The notes: generated by a model from the sequence alone, not told the origin. Shown: positions 12,617 to 20,062, counted from the stretch's first letter. The stretch is DNA of 50,900 nt from Bacteroidales bacterium (GCA_017416695.1 JAFQBL010000147.1:1-50900), one strand, 5' to 3'. Translations and numbers: made by a program.

Positions 12617-13280
12617 CATAAAATTACAATATCAGACAGTTAAGCCAATACTTCGTTCAGTACTTGAACGTTTAATGCAAATGAAAGATTTTGATCCCTT
12701 TTGCCTTGTTGGAGGTACATCTCTTTCGTTACGTTACGGCCATCGTATGTCAGATGACATAGATCTCTTTACAGATGCAGAGTATGGCTCGTTGGATTTT
12801 TGCAAATTACAGGATATTTTGAGAAAAGAGTTTGCATATTGTTATGGCGATTATGGAACAATAGTTGGATTAGGAGTTTCATATCTTGTTGGCAATACTA
12901 AAGATGATTGTGTAAAACTCGATCTTTTTTATACCGATAAATTCATACGACCAATTACTTTGCAGGACAATATACGTATTGCATCGGTTGATGATATTGT
13001 GGCAATGAAGATGGATGTACTTTCACACGGAGGGCGAAAAAAGGATTTTTGGGATTTACATCTATTGCACAATTACTACTCTATAAAACAAATGGTTTCA
13101 TTGTATGAAGAGCGATACCCGTATGGAGTAGAACGAGAAGATTGCATAAGGGGACTCATAAATTTTAAACTTGCCGAATTTGATCCCGATCCAATATGTA
13201 TGAAGGATAAGGTTTGGCAGTTGATAAAACTCGATTTCACCGAATGGGTTGAAGATTTTGAGAAAGCAACATTAACATAG
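12609..13280 (+). CDS. AbiEii/AbiGii-type nucleotidyltransferase (putative type IV TA / abortive-infection toxin)
   Basis: The NTase-fold motif LVGGTSLSLRYGHRMSDDIDLFTD (GGT...D.D) plus the downstream VKLDLFYTD are characteristic of the DUF1814/AbiEii family. The ATG overlaps the upstream stop (ATGAATAA). Confidence 0.8.
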   Translation: MNNIKLQYQTVKPILRSVLERLMQMKDFDPFCLVGGTSLSLRYGHRMSDDIDLFTDAEYGSLDFCKLQDILRKEFAYCYGDYGTIVGLGVSYLVGNTKDDCVKLDLFYTDKFIRPITLQDNIRIASVDDIVAMKMDVLSHGGRKKDFWDLHLLHNYYSIKQMVSLYEERYPYGVEREDCIRGLINFKLAEFDPDPICMKDKVWQLIKLDFTEWVEDFEKATLT

Positions 13281-13360
13281 GAGTAAAATTAGTTGTTAGA
13301 GGCTGACAATACACCAAATAGAGTAGGAGGGCTATCCAAAGGGGTAGCCCTCCTTTTTTT
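13279..13360 (+). repeat. Right copy of the perfect 82-bp direct repeat
   Basis: Identical to 11952-12033. The TAG stop of the NTase gene (13278-13280) overlaps the first 2 nt of the repeat. Confidence 0.95.
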
Positions 13361-13361
13361 T
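13326..13361 (+). terminator. Intrinsic terminator (copy 2, T8) now serving the cassette
   Basis: Same hairpin as 11999-12033, offset by 1327 nt. Confidence 0.8.
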
Positions 13362-13397
13362 ATGAAAAATAAATTTAGCAATTAATCTAATTGGTTA

Positions 13398-13412
13398 AAT
13401 AAGTCCAATTAG
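13398..13412 (+). promoter_or_regulatory. 15-nt motif AATAAGTCCAATTAG shared with the upstream region of the next T9SS cargo gene (20048-20062)
   Basis: Exact 15-mer found in both upstream regions, each 30-40 nt after a terminator. In this copy it forms the right arm of an 8-bp inverted repeat (CTAATTGG 13387-13394 / CCAATTAG 13405-13412). Confidence 0.35.
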
Positions 13413-13528
13413 TCATCCTATTTATTTTTATTCTAACAACAGATTAGGTGGCGGAGGTAAATTTGTTAAAAAACTCACTAATAGGTAAAATTTTTCAGAA
13501 AAAAACATAATATTCAAAAATAAAAAAC

Positions 13529-13536
13529 TAAATTTG
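13529..13536 (+). promoter_or_regulatory. Candidate -7 promoter box TAAATTTG upstream of the giant gene
   Basis: Matches TAnnTTTG and lies about 120 nt upstream of ATG 13656. Other AT-rich matches are possible. Confidence 0.25.
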
Positions 13537-13655
13537 AAGTTGCTAAATTGTCGTTAATAGTGTATTAATGACGATCAGTGTATTGTAAAATATTGAAAAA
13601 CAATATATTATAACTATTTTTAATTAACATTTTTATTAACTAAATTCAAAAAGGT

Positions 13656-16600
13656 ATGAAGAAAAGTTACTTTTGGGGATTATTATTTGCTGTAATAGCA
13701 CTTATCCCCGGGCAAAATGTTTTTGCTCAAGTTGCTGCTGATCAATTACCAACGGGTTATTGTTCAGTTACCAAGAGAATGAATGAAAGTTGTACCGGAT
13801 CAGATTTGGACAATGTTCATTCTCATTCAATACAAGGACTTACTGCAACCTATGAGGGGTCTGAAGTATTGAGTTTGTCAGCAACTTCAACAACATTTAA
13901 CGATTTGACTTCAAGTAAACAATTTACTGTAGGTCAAGGAGGAACAATCGAAATTTCATTTACTAATGGAGCTTGGTCAAAGAACGTATGGTTCGGATTT
14001 GACTGGGACAGAGATGGAGATTTTGAAGATGTTGTTGCTGCTTATGGTGAAGAAGGTCGTGTTGGAGGAACTTCAGATCAAGGATCTGTAACAATTTATG
14101 TTCCAGATGATGCACAAGCAGGAAAATCTGTTATGCGTATCATCTCTGATGGTGTTGATTGCGCTACAAGTTGGAGCGAAGAGACTCCAATGTGTGGAAC
14201 ACACGGAACAGGTTATATTGGTTATGCAGGATCATTGCACGATGTAACAATTATTGTTGAGGAGGTAGAACTTGAAGGAGAGATTTTCACAATCTCTGTA
14301 TCTTCAAATGATGATACAATGGGTGCAGCAACAGCAGAATCAACATCTGTAAGAGATGGACGCCCTGCAACCTTGACAGCAACTGCTAATGAAGGTTACA
14401 AATTTGTAAATTGGACAGTTGAAGGAACAGAGGTTTCAACTGAAAATCCATACAAACCAATAATCACAGCCGCAACAAACTTTGTTGCAAACTTTGTTGC
14501 ACTACCAACATATGCAGTAAGCGTAGCAGCGAACAATGATGCTTTTGGTAGCGTAGAGGCTTCGGCAGAATCAGTATTTGAAGGTTCTACAGTAACACTT
14601 ACAGCAACTGCTAAAGAGGGTTATCGCTTTGAAAACTGGACAGTAGCAGGAAGTGTTGTTTCAACTGAGAATCCATATACAGCAACAATAACTGCCGAGA
14701 CAGCATTTGTTGCAAACTTCAAAGAAGTTATAACAATAGCAACTGGTAAAGAGTATCGTATTAAAGATATATCTGCAAATCAATATTTAACAGCATTTAA
14801 TCATGATGCCCACACAAGTGGTGCCTATGGTGGTGTTGGAACAAGTGCATATGATGAAGATAATGAAGATCAAATCTTTATATTTGAGGAGAGCGGAGAA
14901 AACTACAAGTTAAAAACAAAGAGTGGTTACTATATCTATGCACAAGCATGGAATGTTGACGCATTGTCTTCTCAATCATCGGAATTCAAGTTCCCCGAAA
15001 ACGGAACATCTGGCTATTACATGCAAGTATATAATACCAATAATGGTAATGCTTGGTACTATGTTAAGAATGAGTATGTAGCGGCTGCAAGTGGTTATTA
15101 CCTATTTGGCGATGCTGCTATTGGCGCTGCCGCTACTTGGGTATTGGAACCAGTGGCACCAGCAGTTGTAACATTTACTGTAACAGCAGTTCCTTCTGAC
15201 GGAGCAATGGGAGCAGTATCTCCTGAAACTTCAACAGTTGAAGAGGGACAAACAGTAACTCTTACAGCTACTGCAAACGAGGGTTATGAGTTTGTAAATT
15301 GGACTTCAGGAACAAACACATTAAGTGAGGAGAATCCTTTCACAATAACTCCAGCATCAGATACAACAATTGTTGCTAACTTCCAATTAATACCTACAAC
15401 TGTAACATATCCTATCACAGTATCATCATCAGATGAGACAATGGGTACAGTTGAAGCATCAGCAACAGAGATTGTAGAGGGCGAGACAGTAGTTCTTACA
15501 GCTACACCAGTAGCAGGATATGTATTCAAAAACTGGACAGTTGGAACAGAAGAGGTTTCAACAGAGAATCCATATACAGCAACAATAACTGCCGAGACAG
15601 CATTTGTTGCAAACTTTGAAAAAGCACCTGCCGATGATGCAACATTGGCACTTATTGAAGAGGCTAAAGCACTTATCGTAAAAGACGGAGTAGGTTATCC
15701 TTCTGCAGCAGCAAAAGCAACATTCAAAGAGGCTCTTGACGTAGCAGAGAATAATCCATATGCTGGTGCAGCAACAGCACTACAAGCAGCAATGGATGCT
15801 TACATTGCTACTGACGATATAGTATTGCCAACAGCAGATAAAGCATATGCATTTATCTCTCGTGGAAAAACTGCAAACTTCTACATGTATAACAATGTAG
15901 GAACTTTGGCATTGGCATCATACACCGAAGGAATGGAGTTGCCAGCAACAGCAATGTTCGTTTGTCAATACGATGAAGAAGCATCAAAATATGTATTCAA
16001 AACATCTGACGGAGCATATTATTTAGCATATCCTTCACCAGGTAAAGCATGGTTGAATGATAAGAGTGAAACAGGTCTTGAAACAGAGTTAAGAAGAGTA
16101 TCTCAATTTAGTATCGAGACACTTACAATAGACGGAACAAATGTAGTTGCAACACCTGAAGACTTGTTCGGATATGTTCACCTATGGGGTTATCGTGGAA
16201 ACGAAACTAAAAACGGAGTAACATCTGACTTTAATGGTCCTATGATAGTTACCTCAGCAGGAGCATTTGATGGAGCAGGAGGTGATTTCTATAACTCAAC
16301 AACATCTTCAGCATTCTCAGTAATAGAGGTTGAGTTGCCAACTCCAACATTTGCAGTATCTGCAGTATCAGCAGACGCTACAATGGGATCAGCAACAGTT
16401 AGTGCAGCAGAGGTAGAAGAGGGAGCAGAGGCAACCTTTACAGCAACTGCAAACGCTGGATACAAATTCACTTGCTGGACAGTAGGAACTGACACTATCT
16501 CAACAGAGAACCCATACACTGCTACAATTTCTGCAGCAACAGAGTTAACTGCAAACTTTGAGGCACTTGTTCCCTCAATTGTATTGACAGCAACACCTGA

Positions 16601-19600
16601 TGTAGAGCGTCAATTCTTATTCACAGTAGAGAATGAAACAAAATTATATATCGATTGGGGTAATGGCGAACTTAAAGAAACAGAAGATATTTATGAGGCA
16701 TGGAAAGAAGGTGGAGTAGTTGATCCTTCATGGGTATCAGATGGAGCAACAACAATTATCGGAACTCCTGTAGGAGAAGGAATTGTTAAGATTTATGGAG
16801 ATGGAATTACATATTTTGATTGTGGCTATAGTTCAAGTTATGCATCAAAAGTAACAGCATTAGATGTAACAAAAGCAACATCACTTATCGAGATTAACAT
16901 TTCAAGTAACGAAATTGCGGCTCTTGATTTAACTAACAATACAGCGTTGTATAAAATTACTGCAGACAATAATGCAACATTGGCAATATTAGAATTGCCC
17001 GAAAGTGAGATGAATGTTATATCAGCAGTAAATTGTGCATTAACATCAATAGACGTGTCAAAATTGACCACATTGACATCGTTGAAATTAAACAACAACA
17101 ATATAGGAAATATTGATTTAAGTGCAAATACCGCTCTTGTAACATTGGAGTTGAATAACACAGGAATCACATCAATAGATTTGAGCAATAACACAGCACT
17201 AACATCATTGTATATTAACTTCAATAATATACCAACATTAGATGTAACAGCACTAACATCATTGAAATACTTCCATTGTGAAGGATCTCAAATCTCTGAT
17301 TTGAAATGTACTGCTGTAAAATCACGTGCAAGAATAGTAAACAATAACTTGACATTGGCAACAATGCCAGCTATTACAACATCAACATTTGTATATGCAC
17401 CACAAAATGCAATGGCAATTGCAACAGAGATTAACGAGGGTGAGGAGCTTGACCTATCAGCACAAAACAACATTGTTGGATTGGCAGATGAGGCTCAAGC
17501 AACAGACTATACTTGGTATTTAGCAGACGGAACAGAGTTTACTAACTACACTGAGGCAGATGGTAAATTTGTATTTGATGTAACAGAGGACACTGAGTTG
17601 TATTGTACAATGACAACTGCTGCGTTCCCAAGCTTCTCTGGAGCAAACGCATTCAAAACTACAAACATTGTTGTTAAGAATGTAGCAGTTCCTGTTACAA
17701 TCTCAGTTGCAACAAGCAATGAGTACTACGGAACAGCTGCTATTGATGGCGTTACAGGAACTTCAACAGAGGTTATGGCTGGAGATGATGTAACAGTTGT
17801 TGCAACTCCTGCAGAGGCATTTGCCGATTATATTGTATATGAGTTTGAGGCTTGGACTGCTGGAACTGATACTATCTCAACAGAGAATCCTTATACATTC
17901 ACTGCTGCAGAGGCTCTATCATTAACAGCAAACTTCGGTTGCTATATGATGGTAAATGTAACTGCATCAGAGGGTGGTTCAGCATACATTAACGATGCTG
18001 TGGCTGAGGCAACAGTTAAATTGCCATATCAATCAAAAGCAACTCTTCATGCAGTTGCAAATGAAGGATATGCATTCTCTCACTGGACATATACGACCTC
18101 AACAGGAACTGAAACTGTTTGGAATGAATCTACAGCAGATCAACAATTTACAGTAGGTCAATATACTGCATTTACTGCATATTTCGTTCCAGTTGCAACT
18201 GAGCGTAAAGTTCAAATCCAATCTAACGATATTACAATGGGTTATGTAACTATCATATCTCCTTCACTTGGTGGCACAGGAACAGGTACTGGCACAGGAA
18301 CAGGTACTGGCACAGGCACAGGAACAGGTACAGATTCTGCTACTTCTGGTGGTGGACAAAAACCATGGATAATTACAAGTGAGGATGTAACTGCTCAAGC
18401 ATTTACAAATGGAAGTACATATGAGTTTGTAAACTGGACAATCAATGGTGAAGAGGTAGGAACTGAAACTACTTATACTTATACTGGTAGCGAGGAAGCT
18501 GTAATTCAAGCAAACTTCCGAGTTAAAGTTGTTACTTATAATGTAAACATTGCAACTGCTACAGGTCAAGAAACTTTTGGTACAGTTGAGATAGTTGGTT
18601 ACGAAGGAACTTCGGCTAATATTGAGGCTGGTACTGAAATAACTATTGTTGCAACTCCTGCTGAGGGTTATCAATTCATGAGTTGGTCAGACGCTTTAGG
18701 TTCTGATGTTTCAACAGAGGCTTCTTATACATTTACTGTAAATAGTTCTGTATATCTTGAGGCTTGGTTTGAGAGTGCACCTGTTGCAACTACTTACGCA
18801 GTATCTGTTCAAGCAGCACCAACTTCAGATTATGGTACAGTTGCTATTGAAGGTGCTGAAGGAACAACTGCTCAAATTGAGGAGAACGCTTCGGTAACAG
18901 TTGTTGCAACTCCTGCTGAGGGTTACGCTCTTGAGGGATGGTACGATATTACAGGCGCTACTCTATTAAGCACTGACCTTTCATACACATTCACTGTAAC
19001 TGCTGAAACAACAGTTGTTGCATGGTTCATGGAGGCTACACCTGAGGAGCCTGAGTATTGTATAGATTTCGGTACTTCAACTCGTTCAGGAGGTCGTTAT
19101 ATGGAATCACTTACATTCTCTGATGGTGCACATGAAACTACAGTTAATGTAAATCAACAAAATGGTTACGGTGCCCCAATTTACTTCGACAAAACAGATG
19201 TAAATGTTTCGCTTGAGGCAAGTAAAACTATCACTTCTAATGTAAACTGGCATGGAGAGTGGATGCACTCATACTTGTTTGTGGATTGGAACAACGATGG
19301 AGAGTTTACTCGTAACTTAGGTACTAACTTTGTTCCTGAAGAGGATAGCGAGTTGATAGCATTCTCATTCTGGAGTGGTGTTGACGGAAACTCTCAAGAG
19401 AATGAAGGATACAACAGTGCTGGTCAATATATAACAGGAAATGATCGTTCAGTATGGGCATTGCCAGAATTTACTATTCCTGCATCTATCGCTGAGGGTA
19501 CTTATCGTGCTCGTTTGAAAATAGACTGGAATACAGCAGATCCTTGCTCAGTAATGTCAGCAGGAGATGCTCCTTGCGTAGTTGACTTTATGATAACAGT

Positions 19601-19826
19601 AACATATCCTGATGGAATTGCAGATGCTGACGCTGATGCAGTTCAAGTATATGCTACAAATGGTGTTATCTACATCAATGGTTACGAAGGCAATGTTAAA
19701 GTTGTAAATGCTGCTGGTCAAGTTGTTAAAGACGTTATGGTTAACGGTGCTGAGCAACTTAATGTAAATGCAGGTCTTTACATGGTAGTAACAGGCGATA
19801 AAGTAACCAAAGTTGTGGTTAAGTAA
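13656..19826 (+). CDS. Giant (2056 aa) T9SS-sorted cell-surface protein: signal peptide, GEVED-like domains at both ends, about 10 InlB-B-type (Listeria-Bacteroides) repeat modules, a beta-trefoil-like insert, an LRR block, a (Gly-Thr)10 linker and a Por C-terminal sorting domain
   Basis: Signal peptide MKKSYFWGLLFAVIALIPGQNVFAQ. DW[DN]xDG[DE]F motifs (FDWDRDGDFEDV and VDWNNDGEFT). Recurrent modules such as TLTATANEGYKFVNWTVEGTEVSTENPYKPIITAATNFVANF. LRRs (LDLTNNTALYKI..., IDLSANTALVTLELNNTGITSIDLSNNTALTSL). The C-terminus VQVYATNGVIYINGYEGNVKVVNAAGQVVKDVMVNGAEQLNVNAGLYMVVTGDKVTKVVVK is typical of T9SS CTDs. Confidence 0.9.
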   Translation: MKKSYFWGLLFAVIALIPGQNVFAQVAADQLPTGYCSVTKRMNESCTGSDLDNVHSHSIQGLTATYEGSEVLSLSATSTTFNDLTSSKQFTVGQGGTIEISFTNGAWSKNVWFGFDWDRDGDFEDVVAAYGEEGRVGGTSDQGSVTIYVPDDAQAGKSVMRIISDGVDCATSWSEETPMCGTHGTGYIGYAGSLHDVTIIVEEVELEGEIFTISVSSNDDTMGAATAESTSVRDGRPATLTATANEGYKFVNWTVEGTEVSTENPYKPIITAATNFVANFVALPTYAVSVAANNDAFGSVEASAESVFEGSTVTLTATAKEGYRFENWTVAGSVVSTENPYTATITAETAFVANFKEVITIATGKEYRIKDISANQYLTAFNHDAHTSGAYGGVGTSAYDEDNEDQIFIFEESGENYKLKTKSGYYIYAQAWNVDALSSQSSEFKFPENGTSGYYMQVYNTNNGNAWYYVKNEYVAAASGYYLFGDAAIGAAATWVLEPVAPAVVTFTVTAVPSDGAMGAVSPETSTVEEGQTVTLTATANEGYEFVNWTSGTNTLSEENPFTITPASDTTIVANFQLIPTTVTYPITVSSSDETMGTVEASATEIVEGETVVLTATPVAGYVFKNWTVGTEEVSTENPYTATITAETAFVANFEKAPADDATLALIEEAKALIVKDGVGYPSAAAKATFKEALDVAENNPYAGAATALQAAMDAYIATDDIVLPTADKAYAFISRGKTANFYMYNNVGTLALASYTEGMELPATAMFVCQYDEEASKYVFKTSDGAYYLAYPSPGKAWLNDKSETGLETELRRVSQFSIETLTIDGTNVVATPEDLFGYVHLWGYRGNETKNGVTSDFNGPMIVTSAGAFDGAGGDFYNSTTSSAFSVIEVELPTPTFAVSAVSADATMGSATVSAAEVEEGAEATFTATANAGYKFTCWTVGTDTISTENPYTATISAATELTANFEALVPSIVLTATPDVERQFLFTVENETKLYIDWGNGELKETEDIYEAWKEGGVVDPSWVSDGATTIIGTPVGEGIVKIYGDGITYFDCGYSSSYASKVTALDVTKATSLIEINISSNEIAALDLTNNTALYKITADNNATLAILELPESEMNVISAVNCALTSIDVSKLTTLTSLKLNNNNIGNIDLSANTALVTLELNNTGITSIDLSNNTALTSLYINFNNIPTLDVTALTSLKYFHCEGSQISDLKCTAVKSRARIVNNNLTLATMPAITTSTFVYAPQNAMAIATEINEGEELDLSAQNNIVGLADEAQATDYTWYLADGTEFTNYTEADGKFVFDVTEDTELYCTMTTAAFPSFSGANAFKTTNIVVKNVAVPVTISVATSNEYYGTAAIDGVTGTSTEVMAGDDVTVVATPAEAFADYIVYEFEAWTAGTDTISTENPYTFTAAEALSLTANFGCYMMVNVTASEGGSAYINDAVAEATVKLPYQSKATLHAVANEGYAFSHWTYTTSTGTETVWNESTADQQFTVGQYTAFTAYFVPVATERKVQIQSNDITMGYVTIISPSLGGTGTGTGTGTGTGTGTGTGTDSATSGGGQKPWIITSEDVTAQAFTNGSTYEFVNWTINGEEVGTETTYTYTGSEEAVIQANFRVKVVTYNVNIATATGQETFGTVEIVGYEGTSANIEAGTEITIVATPAEGYQFMSWSDALGSDVSTEASYTFTVNSSVYLEAWFESAPVATTYAVSVQAAPTSDYGTVAIEGAEGTTAQIEENASVTVVATPAEGYALEGWYDITGATLLSTDLSYTFTVTAETTVVAWFMEATPEEPEYCIDFGTSTRSGGRYMESLTFSDGAHETTVNVNQQNGYGAPIYFDKTDVNVSLEASKTITSNVNWHGEWMHSYLFVDWNNDGEFTRNLGTNFVPEEDSELIAFSFWSGVDGNSQENEGYNSAGQYITGNDRSVWALPEFTIPASIAEGTYRARLKIDWNTADPCSVMSAGDAPCVVDFMITVTYPDGIADADADAVQVYATNGVIYINGYEGNVKVVNAAGQVVKDVMVNGAEQLNVNAGLYMVVTGDKVTKVVVK
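16842..17310 (+). repeat. Leucine-rich-repeat block within the giant protein (approximate bounds)
   Basis: About 22-24-aa periodic L..L.L..N.I..IDL units in the translation. Confidence 0.7.
18273..18332 (+). repeat. In-frame (GGN-ACN)10 repeat encoding (Gly-Thr)10, including an 18-nt unit GGCACAGGAACAGGTACT repeated twice
   Basis: Codons read directly: ggc aca gga aca ggt act ggc aca gga aca ggt act ggc aca ggc aca gga aca ggt aca, followed by GAT TCT GCT (D-S-A). Confidence 0.95.
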
Positions 19827-19830
19827 GAGT
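19808..19830 (+). repeat. 23-nt segment spanning the giant gene stop; repeated at 19886-19908 with 1 mismatch
   Basis: CAAAGTTGTGGTTAAGTAAGAGT versus CAAAGTTGTGGTTAAATAAGAGT. Both read K-V-V-V-K-stop. Confidence 0.85.
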
Positions 19831-19988
19831 AAAAGCCAAGAGATTGGCTTTTACCGAACGACAACAAGTTAGAGGTCAGAGACCTCAAAGTTGTGGTTAA
19901 ATAAGAGTTTTTAGTTTTTAGTTGTCAACTTTGTTGTTCCTTTGGGATAGTTGTTGGCAATTAAATAAAACTAAAAATACCTGATAAA

Positions 19989-20017
19989 GGAGAGGACTTA
20001 GGTTCTCTCCTTTTTTT
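19989..20017 (+). terminator. Intrinsic terminator downstream of the giant gene
   Basis: GGAGAG...CTCTCC hairpin followed by T7. Confidence 0.7.
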
Positions 20018-20047
20018 GTCTTAAAAACTTATGACTCTTATTAGTAC

Positions 20048-20062
20048 AATAAGTCCAATTAG
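20048..20062 (+). promoter_or_regulatory. Second copy of the AATAAGTCCAATTAG motif
   Basis: Exact match to 13398-13412, about 180 nt upstream of ATG 20242. Confidence 0.35.

Noticed and set aside
11952-13360. The cassette considered as an IS element, MITE or integron cassette
   Set aside because: There is no transposase and no terminal inverted repeats. The direct repeats (82 bp) are far longer than target-site duplications. No attC-like imperfect palindrome or integrase is present. The insertion mechanism is left open in the findings.
13292-13440. 9-bp inverted repeat GTTGTTAGA / TCTAACAAC flanking the terminator and the 15-mer motif upstream of the giant gene, considered as a Bacteroides-style invertible promoter
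   Set aside because: The arms are only 9 bp, no site-specific recombinase is nearby, and the enclosed 131 nt contains a terminator rather than an obvious promoter. I kept it only as part of the dispersed-motif observation.
16838-17224. 128-aa minus-strand ORF opposite the LRR block, and other antisense ORFs within the giant gene (15284-15529, 16289-16519, 18264-18674)
   Set aside because: They are shadow ORFs of a repetitive, codon-biased gene. The plus-strand frame is continuous for 2056 codons with coherent domain structure.
18273-18332. Short tandem repeat, considered as a CRISPR-like or phase-variation (frameshifting) tract
   Set aside because: The unit length is a multiple of 3 and lies inside a coding frame, so it cannot switch the gene off by slippage. 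There are no spacers and no cas genes. No CRISPR array exists anywhere in the window.
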